From Patescibacteria group bacterium (GTDB lineage Bacteria > Patescibacteriota > Microgenomatia > UBA8517), in the NCBI GenBank assembly GCA_036381415.1, contig DASVCV010000007.1, positions 1,229-65,228 of the forward strand: a DNA stretch of 64,000 bases, given 5' to 3'. The notes under the pieces are model-generated. The model had not been told where the DNA came from. It ran no database searches and saw only the letters and a program-made list of their open reading frames with translations. Below, one piece after another: positions 12,376-21,404 of the stretch (position 1 is its first letter; the number at the start of each line of letters is the position of its first letter). The position numbers were made by a program, and so were the translations under genes.

Positions 12376-13125
12376 ATGTTTGTCGTTCCAATCCTTTTCG
12401 CCTTGGGTTTGATTGTAGGGTCATTCATAGGAGCACTTACCTACCGCATGCCAAAACATGTAAGTATAGTAAGTGGCTACCAAGGCCGCTCAATCTGCCC
12501 AAGGTGTAAGGGTCAAATAAGGTGGTATGACAATATACCGCTTATTTCTTTTCTTCTTCTTAAAGGAAAATGTAGAGACTGCAAAGGAAAAATTTCATAT
12601 AGAGAACCTTTAATTGAACTAGGAGGTGGCTTTATATTTGCTCTTTCATTTTTTAATACACTTTTTCCTTTTTATATCTTTATACTTATTGCCTCAGTTC
12701 TTTTGGCAATTGCAGTTATAGATATAGAAAATCAAATTATTCCAGATGAAATAATTTGGGTTGGTCTATCTGTCTTATTGATCTGGTATCTAGTTTCAAA
12801 CACAAGTTCTTTATACCTATATCTATTAACAGGATTGTCTTCTGCGCTTTTTCTTTTGCTTGTTAATCTAATAACCAAAGGAAAAGGAATGGGTTTAGGA
12901 GATGTTAAGCTAGCAATTTTGATAGGGGCAAGTCTTTCTCCCTCGTTAGCACTCATCTGGTTTCTTGTCTCTTTCGTAACAGGTTCAGTCATTGGTATAA
13001 TGTTAATAACATTAGGAAGAGCTAATATGAAAGCAAGAATTGCTTTTGCACCCTTTCTAATAATAGGATTTTTAGTAGTTTCATTTTTTGGTAATAGCCT
13101 TACCAAATTACTGTTGCCAATTTAA
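12376..13125 (+). CDS. pilD: Prepilin peptidase
   Basis: RSICPRC...CRDC zinc motif, IDIENQIIPD, GMGLGDVKL, AFAPFL. Confidence 0.95.
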   Translation: MFVVPILFALGLIVGSFIGALTYRMPKHVSIVSGYQGRSICPRCKGQIRWYDNIPLISFLLLKGKCRDCKGKISYREPLIELGGGFIFALSFFNTLFPFYIFILIASVLLAIAVIDIENQIIPDEIIWVGLSVLLIWYLVSNTSSLYLYLLTGLSSALFLLLVNLITKGKGMGLGDVKLAILIGASLSPSLALIWFLVSFVTGSVIGIMLITLGRANMKARIAFAPFLIIGFLVVSFFGNSLTKLLLPI

Positions 13126-13682
13126 TGAGAATTTTTTCAAAACAAGAAAGTATCGCCTTAACTGTTATTCTTTCAATTCTTTTTGTTGTTTCATATTTTA
13201 ATTTTGCCAAAGCACTCGTTAGGTCCCGTGACCTAGAAAGAAGAAATGACATTGGTGCAATTACCAAAGGACTGGAAGATTTTAGAACTGATTTTGCCTC
13301 CTATCCCCAATCAACCAAAGAAGGATTAATAAATGCCTGCAACGGAGGATGCGTTTGGGGCAAAGACCCATTAAGAGATATAAACGACCTAACCTACCCT
13401 GCTTATATGAATGTAATACCTCTTGACCCTCGCACTGGTGATGGCTATTCCTATCTTTATTTTTCAAATGGTAGAAGATTCCAAATATATGCAACTCTGG
13501 AAGACGCTCAAGGAGTGGAATATGATCCTAAAATTGTAGCTATGAATTTAAAGTGTGGAACTAAGATCTGTAACTTTGGAAGATCATCTCCAGAAACACC
13601 ACTTGATAAATCTATCGAACAATATGAAAATGAATTAATACAAGAACAATTGCGGTTAAGAAAACTGCAGTTGGGCAAGTAA
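13125..13682 (+). CDS. Pilin-like (GspG-like) protein with degenerate cleavage site
   Basis: N-terminal TM, 'SRDLERRND', IPLDP and Cys pairs. The N-terminus I|FSKQE lacks the Gly at -1. Confidence 0.7.
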   Translation: MRIFSKQESIALTVILSILFVVSYFNFAKALVRSRDLERRNDIGAITKGLEDFRTDFASYPQSTKEGLINACNGGCVWGKDPLRDINDLTYPAYMNVIPLDPRTGDGYSYLYFSNGRRFQIYATLEDAQGVEYDPKIVAMNLKCGTKICNFGRSSPETPLDKSIEQYENELIQEQLRLRKLQLGK

Positions 13683-13686
13683 AGAT

Positions 13687-14160
13687 ATGACTGCCCTAAA
13701 AAAAGGTTTTACATTAATTGAGCTTCTAATGGTAATGGCAATAATTGCAGTTATTGCAACCTTCTTTATTACCTATTCAACAGGAGGCACAAAAAAAGCA
13801 AGAGATGCCAAAAGAGAAAGCGACATTAAGCAATATCAGAATTCACTAGAAATTTATGCAGCCAAAAACAACACTCTTTACCCTTCCAGAACCTCAGGCG
13901 TAGGAGTCCAAGCTTCTGTTACAACATGCCAAGACCTAACCCTTACAAGTTGCCCAGAAGATCCTATTAATGGAAGCAATTCAAATTATATGTATAGATA
14001 TCAGTCTGATGGTACAGGCAATGGAACAGTTACCGGAACAAGATATGTTCTGTGGGCACAGTTTGAAGGCCAAACAGGATACTGGGTAGTTTGTTCCAAT
14101 GGAAAGACAGGGATAATGGCATCAGTTACAGTTTCAACAGGTACGTGTCCTTTGCCATGA
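13687..14160 (+). CDS. Type IV pilin (minor)
   Basis: KKG|FTLIELL, ARDAKRESD. Confidence 0.9.
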   Translation: MTALKKGFTLIELLMVMAIIAVIATFFITYSTGGTKKARDAKRESDIKQYQNSLEIYAAKNNTLYPSRTSGVGVQASVTTCQDLTLTSCPEDPINGSNSNYMYRYQSDGTGNGTVTGTRYVLWAQFEGQTGYWVVCSNGKTGIMASVTVSTGTCPLP

Positions 14161-14603
14161 ATAAACAATCTATTATTATGAAAAAAGGGTTCACACTCAT
14201 TGAACTTCTAGTAGTTATTACAATTATTGGAATTCTTTTAGCTATTTCAATATTTGGACTTATTGGAGCACGTGAGTCCTCTCGTGATGTCAAAAGAAAA
14301 GCAGAGCTGGAACAGATTAGATCAGGTATTGAAGTATATAAATCAGACTGTAATGTCTATCCTGCTAGTCTTGGAGCAAGTCTTGTAGGAAGTGGCTCCC
14401 CGTCAACTTGTGCAGCAACAAATGTATATATTGCTACAACTCCAGTAGATCCACTCTCTCCAGCTCGTGCTTATTCATACTATTCAAACGGCTCTACTTA
14501 TGAAGTATGTGCTAGCTTGGAAAGTGGAACAGGAAGTGTTACCTGTGGAGGATCTTCAACTTGTGGAAGTTCAACCTGCAATTACAAAGTTACAAATCCC
14601 TAA
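14157..14603 (+). CDS. Type IV pilin (minor)
   Basis: KKG|FTLIELL and SRDVKRKAE. Start set at the ATGA overlap (14157); 14178 is an alternative. Confidence 0.88.
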   Translation: MNKQSIIMKKGFTLIELLVVITIIGILLAISIFGLIGARESSRDVKRKAELEQIRSGIEVYKSDCNVYPASLGASLVGSGSPSTCAATNVYIATTPVDPLSPARAYSYYSNGSTYEVCASLESGTGSVTCGGSSTCGSSTCNYKVTNP

Positions 14604-14612
14604 ACTATATAA

Positions 14613-15506
14613 ATGGCAAACTTAAAAAGATTATCTTCTAAAAAAGATGGATACACCCTAATTGAAATACTTGTTGTGCTTGTCATCATGGGGATTTTAT
14701 TTGCAGTTGGATATGCCAACTATAGAGACTTTTCCCGTCAGCAGCTTGTTATAAATGCAATGAGAACTCTTAGAGCTGATCTAAGACTTGCTCAAGAGCA
14801 GGCAATTGAGGGAAAAAAGCCAACAGGATGCACAGGCAACTTGAGTGGCTATAAATTTACAGTTCTAAACCCTGCTTTGTACCAAATAAGTGCCGCCTGC
14901 GGCAGTGGAGACGTGGTAGTAAAGACTGTTGATGTGCCGGCAGGCATTACAATAAGTACACCTAGTTTAAATCCAATTGTTTTTAATATTTTAGGAACTG
15001 GAACAAATATTAACCAGGCAAGCCCTTCCCGTGCTGTTATTGGTTTAACTCAAACAGCAACTAATTATTTCCGTTCAATTATTGTTTACCCAAGTGGTGA
15101 GGTAAAAGAGTCGACTGAAACTCCTGATCCTGTTGCTACTCCAACTCCCACTCCAACACCACCACCAGGATCCTGGCATGCCTTAGGTACATGGACATTC
15201 GGATGCGGTACTGTTGTAGCTGTTTTTCCAACCAAAACCGCATCGTCTATCCTATTTACGAAAGTAAGTGGCGGTGGCGGAGACGGTATGATTTCATATC
15301 AGTGTTATGGCTCAAATGGAATGCAGGTACAAACAGGCGGCCTCTTTGGTGGTACCTGGCAAATTGCCCCTGGTCCCTGCGGTTGGCTAAATGGCCAGTC
15401 AACCACAATAAGTTTTGCCGAAACTACAGTTGGTCAGTTCAAAGGAGCAATCGGATGCAATGATGGAGAAACTGCAGGAGTATCAATATCCTACTATGGA
15501 CCATAA
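14613..15506 (+). CDS. Minor pilin (FimT/GspH-like) with PT linker and extra C-terminal domain
   Basis: DG|YTLIEIL, TPTPTPTPPP linker, then a Gly/Cys/Trp-rich domain. Confidence 0.85.
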   Translation: MANLKRLSSKKDGYTLIEILVVLVIMGILFAVGYANYRDFSRQQLVINAMRTLRADLRLAQEQAIEGKKPTGCTGNLSGYKFTVLNPALYQISAACGSGDVVVKTVDVPAGITISTPSLNPIVFNILGTGTNINQASPSRAVIGLTQTATNYFRSIIVYPSGEVKESTETPDPVATPTPTPTPPPGSWHALGTWTFGCGTVVAVFPTKTASSILFTKVSGGGGDGMISYQCYGSNGMQVQTGGLFGGTWQIAPGPCGWLNGQSTTISFAETTVGQFKGAIGCNDGETAGVSISYYGP

Positions 15507-15957
15507 ACAAAGCATGCAGCTTCGCGGTAAAAAAAAGGAAAAAGGACAGTCCTTTTTTGAAGTAGTATTAGCACTTGCTCTTGTAGCAATAGTCTTAATG
15601 GCTCTTGTTTCTCTTGCAACAGTTTCAGTCCGTACTGCTACTTTTTCGAGAAATAAAAATTTAGCAACAAGACTTTCCCAAGAAGCAATTGAGTGGTTAA
15701 GAAGCCAAAGAGATGCAGGTTGGACAAACTTTGTAACAAAGGCTACAACTGCAAACTGGTGTCTAGTTAATCTAGATTGGAGTCAGCCAGGATCCTGCAA
15801 TTCAACTAATGTAGTTACTGACACGGGAATCGTAAGACAAGTTACTCTTTCTATTCCCGATGCAACCACAGTCCAGGCTGATGTAAAAGCTAGCTGGGTT
15901 GATGGTCAAGGAAGCCATCAGATAACAACATCAACATTCTTTACAAGTTGGAAATGA
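15496..15957 (+). CDS. Minor pilin (PilV-like)
   Basis: KG|QSFFEVV and 'ATRLSQEAIEWLR'. Start estimated. Confidence 0.82.
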   Translation: MDHKQSMQLRGKKKEKGQSFFEVVLALALVAIVLMALVSLATVSVRTATFSRNKNLATRLSQEAIEWLRSQRDAGWTNFVTKATTANWCLVNLDWSQPGSCNSTNVVTDTGIVRQVTLSIPDATTVQADVKASWVDGQGSHQITTSTFFTSWK

Positions 15958-16472
15958 ACAAATTTAAGAATATAAACAGGCAAAATAATACAAAAGGTTT
16001 TTCCTTAGTAGAAATACTTGTAGTTCTTGCTGTGTTTGCAATTCTAGGAATTGTAATGTCCCAGTCTCTCCTTATTATTTTAAGAAACGCTAGAAAATCA
16101 GATACCAGTAACAAAGTAAGGGAAAGCCTTGATTTCGCAATTGCTTCAATTGAGCGTCAGCTCCATAATGCAATTGATGTAACCCCCTGTCCTAATGCCA
16201 ACACAACAACTATTACTGTTATGGACCAAGGAAGGCAAACTTATTCATTTTCCTGCAACAATATTGGCCCTACAGGCTACATTGCTTCAGCTTCCGCACG
16301 CATGACCTCAACTGATATTTCAATTGTTTCCTGCTCTTTTGTCTGTTCTCCAGCTTCTGCAAGTGTTCCTACATCAGTAACAATTGATATAGCTGCACAA
16401 GATGCTAATGCAGTTGGCCCCGAAAATACCAAGGTTATGGACTCAACAACGGTTTACTTAAGAACCCACTAG
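15954..16472 (+). CDS. Minor pilin (PilW-like)
   Basis: KG|FSLVEIL; ATGA overlap with the previous gene. Confidence 0.85.
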   Translation: MNKFKNINRQNNTKGFSLVEILVVLAVFAILGIVMSQSLLIILRNARKSDTSNKVRESLDFAIASIERQLHNAIDVTPCPNANTTTITVMDQGRQTYSFSCNNIGPTGYIASASARMTSTDISIVSCSFVCSPASASVPTSVTIDIAAQDANAVGPENTKVMDSTTVYLRTH

Positions 16473-16489
16473 TTGTAAACTGAAAATAG

Positions 16490-17368
16490 ATGAAAAACCA
16501 GTCTGGACAAGCCCTACTCCTTGTACTTCTTGGAATGTCTGTGATTCTGACAATTGCTCTTTCTATTCTTTCAAGCTCAGTTGTTGATGTGAAAGTAACA
16601 ACAAATGAACAAGATGCACTTCGTGCCTTTTCAGCTGCAGAAGCAGGTATTGAAAAAGCTCTTGTTGCAGGAAGTGCTGCAAACGGAAACATCAATGGTT
16701 CCTCATATAGTGCAATTTTTACAGCAGGCGCATCCTCCACCTCCTATTTATACCCTGCAAATATAATTAGCGGAGACACAGCTACTATTTGGCTGGTAAA
16801 TCATGCTGCAGATGAATCGCTTGTTTGTGATGCAACCCACCTTTGCTTTACTGGAAAAACTATTAAATTCTGCTGGGGAAACCCAGGAACTGCTGCAGGA
16901 TCTGCAACCACTCCAGCAATTGAAATTTCTTTCCTATATCTAAATACTCCTGGTGATTATTCCACAGTTAGAATTGCAAGAGGAGTTTATGATCCAAATA
17001 GCTCAAGAACTCCTACAAACTTTTTTTCAGCTCCTGATGCAGGAGCATGCACAGTTAATGGGGCTAACTATGCTTTCCAAAAGACAGTTGATGTATCAAC
17101 TTTAGGTGTGCCTATAACTGTCTATAATGTTGCCAATGGGCTTCAAATGGCCCGAGTAAGACTTCTTTACAACACCTCAGTTGCTCATCCTATTGCAATT
17201 GATACAAATTTTGCCGGAAATGCCAACTTCCCTCCCCAGGCAGTAAGAATTGAGTCAACTGGAACATCAGGTGAGTCAACCAGGAAAGTAGAAGTGTTTA
17301 AAGGATATGCTGATTTACCGCCAATCTTTGATGGTGTAATTTTCACTTCACCTGATATAGTTAAATAA
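16490..17368 (+). CDS. PilX-like minor pilin
   Basis: SG|QALLLVLL (no E5) and AFSAAEAGIEKAL. Confidence 0.85.
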   Translation: MKNQSGQALLLVLLGMSVILTIALSILSSSVVDVKVTTNEQDALRAFSAAEAGIEKALVAGSAANGNINGSSYSAIFTAGASSTSYLYPANIISGDTATIWLVNHAADESLVCDATHLCFTGKTIKFCWGNPGTAAGSATTPAIEISFLYLNTPGDYSTVRIARGVYDPNSSRTPTNFFSAPDAGACTVNGANYAFQKTVDVSTLGVPITVYNVANGLQMARVRLLYNTSVAHPIAIDTNFAGNANFPPQAVRIESTGTSGESTRKVEVFKGYADLPPIFDGVIFTSPDIVK

Positions 17369-17375
17369 GAATAAT

Positions 17376-18395
17376 ATGAGCGTTGGAATAGACATAGGAT
17401 CAAAAACCATAAAAGCAGTAGAAGTTGTCTTTGAAGGCGGCAAGTATGTCTTTAAAACTGCGGGAATTATTCCTGTTCCAGCAGGTGTTGGAGTTGATCA
17501 TCTTCAGGACGACAAAGATTATGCTGCCTTAGCTGAAACAATTAAAAAGCTTTTTAAAGATGCAAAGTTTTCTGGAAAAGATGTTTCTGTAGCTCTTCCC
17601 GAGTCTCAAGTTTTTACAAGGCCTATTAAGCTTCCTCTTCTTACAGATCAGGAAATTGCATCAGCTATTAAGTGGCAAGCAGAAGAAAGCGTTCCCATCC
17701 CAATCAATGAAACAATTGTCCAGCACATAATTGTAGAAAGGAAAGAAAATACAACTCCTCCAGAGGTATTAGTGCTTTTAGTTGCAGCCCCTCGAGTATT
17801 GGTGGAAAAATATGTCAAGATTTTAACCCTAGCTGGTCTTAATGTAGTTGGAGCGGAAACAGAGTTAATGGCAATGACTCGTGCCCTTGCTCCAGCAAAT
17901 CAATCTTCAATTATTGTAGATTTTGGAGCTAGATCTACTGATATTGCAATTGTAAAAAACACCCAGCTTGTCTTTAGTAGAACAATTCCTACAGCAGGAG
18001 AAGCATTTACAAGAGCAGTTTCTCAGGCAATAGGAGTTGATGTTAACCAGGCAGAAGAATACAAAAAAACATACGGGCTTTCCGGAACCCAGCTGGAAGG
18101 AAAAATTGGAAATGCAATCTCTCCTGTTTTTAGAGTAGTAACAGAAGAAATTAAAAAATCCATCCATTTCTATCAAACAGACCAAAATGAACCCGCTCCT
18201 ACTTTAATAGTATTATCAGGTGGAACCGCAGGTCTTCCAGATGCAGGTCCAACTATTACAAAACTTGTGGGTATTGAAACTCAAATAGCTAATCCTTTTG
18301 CAAAACTTGCAATTGATCCGGCAAAGTTTAGAGCTCTTTCAAACTATGCCCCGCTTTATTCAGTTGCAATAGGCCTTGCCTTAAGAGGAGATTAA
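17376..18395 (+). CDS. pilM: Type IV pilus alignment protein PilM
   Basis: Actin-like motifs VGIDIGSKTIK, VDFGARST, LSGGTA, AIGLALR. Confidence 0.93.
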   Translation: MSVGIDIGSKTIKAVEVVFEGGKYVFKTAGIIPVPAGVGVDHLQDDKDYAALAETIKKLFKDAKFSGKDVSVALPESQVFTRPIKLPLLTDQEIASAIKWQAEESVPIPINETIVQHIIVERKENTTPPEVLVLLVAAPRVLVEKYVKILTLAGLNVVGAETELMAMTRALAPANQSSIIVDFGARSTDIAIVKNTQLVFSRTIPTAGEAFTRAVSQAIGVDVNQAEEYKKTYGLSGTQLEGKIGNAISPVFRVVTEEIKKSIHFYQTDQNEPAPTLIVLSGGTAGLPDAGPTITKLVGIETQIANPFAKLAIDPAKFRALSNYAPLYSVAIGLALRGD

Positions 18396-18396
18396 T

Positions 18397-18924
18397 ATGG
18401 CTACCAAAATTAATCTTCTACCCAACGAGTTAGGAAGAGGAAAAGAAGCTCTCAAGGTAGCTGCTCTTCTTAATAAAGTTTCAATGATAATAGGAGGAAT
18501 TTTTCTTCTACTAGGAATTATTGGAATAATCTATCTAGTTGCACTTCAATCTCAAATTACAGGTCTAATAAATGGTAACAGTCAAAAACAGGCACAGATA
18601 AGAAATTTGGAACAAACTGAGCAGAAACTTGTCTTAATTAAGGATAGAGCTGGCAAAATAAAAGGTATTATTGCTACAAAAAGTGCATATGATGCTTCAT
18701 CTAGCATTTCTGATATCCTCTCAGGCCTTCCGCCTGAAGTAAGTTTGGAAGAAGCAAACATTGCCCCCATCCAGGTAAGGTTTTCAGTCATCTCCCAAAG
18801 CTCGCTTGGAATGATTGCATTCTTAAATAAAGTAAGCCAAGCAACTAATTTTAAGCAGGTTATATTGAAAAACTTTGGATTTAGGCCCCTAAGCGGCTAT
18901 TCAATAACAATTGAAACAAATTAA
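18397..18924 (+). CDS. pilN: PilN-like alignment protein
   Basis: INLLP motif, TM, coiled coil; follows pilM. Confidence 0.85.
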   Translation: MATKINLLPNELGRGKEALKVAALLNKVSMIIGGIFLLLGIIGIIYLVALQSQITGLINGNSQKQAQIRNLEQTEQKLVLIKDRAGKIKGIIATKSAYDASSSISDILSGLPPEVSLEEANIAPIQVRFSVISQSSLGMIAFLNKVSQATNFKQVILKNFGFRPLSGYSITIETN

Positions 18925-18926
18925 AT

Positions 18927-19616
18927 ATGGAAAAATTAATACGAGCCAATTTAAGATTTTTAGGAGTCCCTCTTGGAATTTTGGCAACAATTGTTGTATT
19001 GTCCTTGGTTTCATTTAAGATCTTTTCAGACCGTTCAACTGATGAAAATAACCAAATAGCAACCCTTACTGCTCAAAGCTCCATTCTGGATCAAAAGCTT
19101 TCTGCTCTTCAAACTGTAGGATCAACAATTAATGCTGCTCAAAATATCTCTCTTGCACTTCCGTCCGATAATCCAACCTTCATCATTTCCAATCAGATAA
19201 AAAGATACTCTCAAGATACATCAGTTAGTGTTGAAAGTGTTCAAATTGGGCAAGAAGTAGTAGACACCAAAGGAGTGTCCCATGCTGATGTAAGTGTAGA
19301 TGCAGTGGGAAATCCTATTAGTATCCTTGCATTTGCCAACAAATTAAAAAATGCCTCTCCCCTAACTCTAGGAAATAATATTGTAATAACTCAAAAAGGT
19401 GGAGAAACAAGGGCAACAATAGCTCTTTCTGTTTTCTGGGCAGCATTTCCAGAGAAACTCCCCGCAATTACAGAACCTATTTCAGAGCTAACAGCTGATG
19501 AAAAAGAGATTATTGCAAAGATTGCAGCCCTTCAGACCCCGTTCCTAGTAACAGGAACAGAACAGCCTGTTGCTTCACAACCCGCCACTCCTAAATCAAA
19601 CCCGTTTGGATTTTAG
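18927..19616 (+). CDS. pilO: PilO-like alignment protein
   Basis: TM plus coiled coil plus 'ALP' motif; follows pilN. Confidence 0.7.
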   Translation: MEKLIRANLRFLGVPLGILATIVVLSLVSFKIFSDRSTDENNQIATLTAQSSILDQKLSALQTVGSTINAAQNISLALPSDNPTFIISNQIKRYSQDTSVSVESVQIGQEVVDTKGVSHADVSVDAVGNPISILAFANKLKNASPLTLGNNIVITQKGGETRATIALSVFWAAFPEKLPAITEPISELTADEKEIIAKIAALQTPFLVTGTEQPVASQPATPKSNPFGF

Positions 19617-19675
19617 TAGATAATTGCGCCAAGAAGTTAACTGAGAAAAGTATCTAAGAAGTGTATCTGGAGTTT

Positions 19676-19906
19676 TTATTTTTCTTCTACTGAGACAGCA
19701 ACTGATTTTCCTTCAAGTACTGCTCTTACAGAAAGTATCTTTCTTATGTTTTTAATAGTTCTTCCGCTTTTTCCAATAATGAGTCCGATAATGGAAGGAT
19801 CAGATTTTACATTGTAAATAACTCTTCCTTCTTCTTCAGTCTCTGATATCTCAAACTCACTTGAATTTGTAATTTTGTTGATTAAAAATGACAATAAATC
19901 TTTCAT
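19676..19906 (-). CDS. khpA: KH-domain RNA-binding protein KhpA (YlqC)
   Basis: IGLIIGKSGRTI (GxxG); directly after rpsP. Confidence 0.9.
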   Translation of the reverse strand: MKDLLSFLINKITNSSEFEISETEEEGRVIYNVKSDPSIIGLIIGKSGRTIKNIRKILSVRAVLEGKSVAVSVEEK

Positions 19907-19915
19907 TGTAGTTTG

Positions 19916-20140
19916 TTATTTAGCTTCCATGAGCTTTTTAACAGCTGGCGTTATTTGAGCTCCTTTTGATACCCATTTTTGGATTTCTTTCAAATCAACC
20001 TCTTTGGTGTCATCACTTGGATGCCAAAAACCCAGTATTCCAAGATCTTGTCCAGATCTTTTGCTTCCTTCCTCAATAGCAACAATTCTATAAAATGGAT
20101 CTTCCTTTTTTCCTAATCTTTTTAGTCTGATTTTTACCAT
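19916..20140 (-). CDS. rpsP: 30S ribosomal protein S16
   Basis: MVKIRLKRLGKKEDPFYRIV and GAQIT. Confidence 0.97.
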   Translation of the reverse strand: MVKIRLKRLGKKEDPFYRIVAIEEGSKRSGQDLGILGFWHPSDDTKEVDLKEIQKWVSKGAQITPAVKKLMEAK

Positions 20141-20179
20141 GTCCGTATTTTACCACAAGATATACTTGAGGCCAAGCTT

Positions 20180-20857
20180 TTACTCTTCTGGAAAAAGCTC
20201 CTTAAGTGCAATACTTGCTGCCATTTGCTGAGCTTCAGCTTTACTTTTACCTGTTCCTTTAGCCGCAATTTTGTCTCCCACTCTTACTTCCACTCCAAAC
20301 TGCCTGGCATGGTCTGGTCCTTTAATTTCAATAACTCTATATCTTGGTGTAGGTAGTTTTTTAGATTGAACTTTTTCTTGAAGCAAGCTTTTTGCATCTT
20401 TAAGAGGCTCTTGAATCTTTTCAGGAAGGTTCTCAAGTATATTTTCCATTATGAAATTTTTAGCTGCCTTAATCCCTAAATCAATATAAATGGCACCAAT
20501 AATTGCTTCTATGGTATCAGCAAGAAGTGATGGATTAGTTCTTCCTCCTCCTCTTTCCTCACCATGGGATAGATAGATGCTCTCTCCAACTCCCAGCTTT
20601 TGGGCTACAATACTTAAGTTTTTAGTATTAACAAGATTTGCCCTTAATGCAGTTAAATATCCTTCACTTTGATCAGTAAACTTCCTATATATCTCATCTG
20701 AAACAATATACTCAAGAATTGCATCTCCCAAAAACTCCAATCTTTCATTAGACTCTCTTTTGCCTTTGTTCTCATTAAGCCAAGATTTATGAGTCAGAGC
20801 CTGATCAAACAGTTTTTCATCCTTAAATCCCTTTTTAACTTCTTCTAGTTTTGTCAT
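20180..20857 (-). CDS. rnc: Ribonuclease III
   Basis: NERLEFLGDAIL, ADTIEAIIGA and a dsRBD. Confidence 0.97.
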   Translation of the reverse strand: MTKLEEVKKGFKDEKLFDQALTHKSWLNENKGKRESNERLEFLGDAILEYIVSDEIYRKFTDQSEGYLTALRANLVNTKNLSIVAQKLGVGESIYLSHGEERGGGRTNPSLLADTIEAIIGAIYIDLGIKAAKNFIMENILENLPEKIQEPLKDAKSLLQEKVQSKKLPTPRYRVIEIKGPDHARQFGVEVRVGDKIAAKGTGKSKAEAQQMAASIALKELFPEE

Positions 20858-20868
20858 GATATTTAGAA

Positions 20869-21231
20869 TTATTTTTCTTGTAAATTGCTGCTAGATACAA
20901 TTTTACCTAATACTCCATTTATAAAAGAGGAAGAAGCATCAGATCCATATTCTTTAGCAAGTTCTACTGCTTCATCAATAACAACCTTAGGAGGGACCTT
21001 TTCTTCAGATAGTTCAAATACAGCAAGTCTTAAAATGGCTAGATCAATCTTATTTAGTTTATCTACTGGCCATTGGGGAGCAGCCTTTGCTATTTTTTTA
21101 TCTATCTCCTTCTCCTGATATAGAATTTTTAAAGTAATTTCTGTAGCTGGCTGTTTTGCAAAGTCGAGTGCAAAAAGCTCCTTGACGATTTGGCGTCTTT
21201 TTATGTGTCTTGGGTCAGTGGCTTTCTTCAT
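20869..21231 (-). CDS. nusB: Transcription antitermination factor NusB
   Basis: [31 protein letters not shown]. Confidence 0.95.
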   Translation of the reverse strand: MKKATDPRHIKRRQIVKELFALDFAKQPATEITLKILYQEKEIDKKIAKAAPQWPVDKLNKIDLAILRLAVFELSEEKVPPKVVIDEAVELAKEYGSDASSSFINGVLGKIVSSSNLQEK

Positions 21232-21380
21232 TTATGTCCGCAATTGGAGCATTCCTTGTGGGGAAGCTTGAATTTCCCGCAGTTAGGACATCTGACCAGA
21301 GTTGGAAGCCCGAGCCTTACTGAGTTCCTTCTTTGGTTGCTTCTAGACCTTGTGTGCTTTTTCTTTGGTAATGGTGTCAT
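21228..21380 (-). CDS. rpmF: 50S ribosomal protein L32 (Zn-ribbon form); below ORF-track size cutoff
   Basis: Hand translation [18 protein letters not shown]...CPNCG...[11 protein letters not shown]; ATGA overlap with nusB. Confidence 0.93.
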   Translation of the reverse strand: MTPLPKKKHTRSRSNQRRNSVRLGLPTLVRCPNCGKFKLPHKECSNCGHK

Positions 21381-21404
21381 TGCTCTTGTATTGTAACACT
21401 AAAG

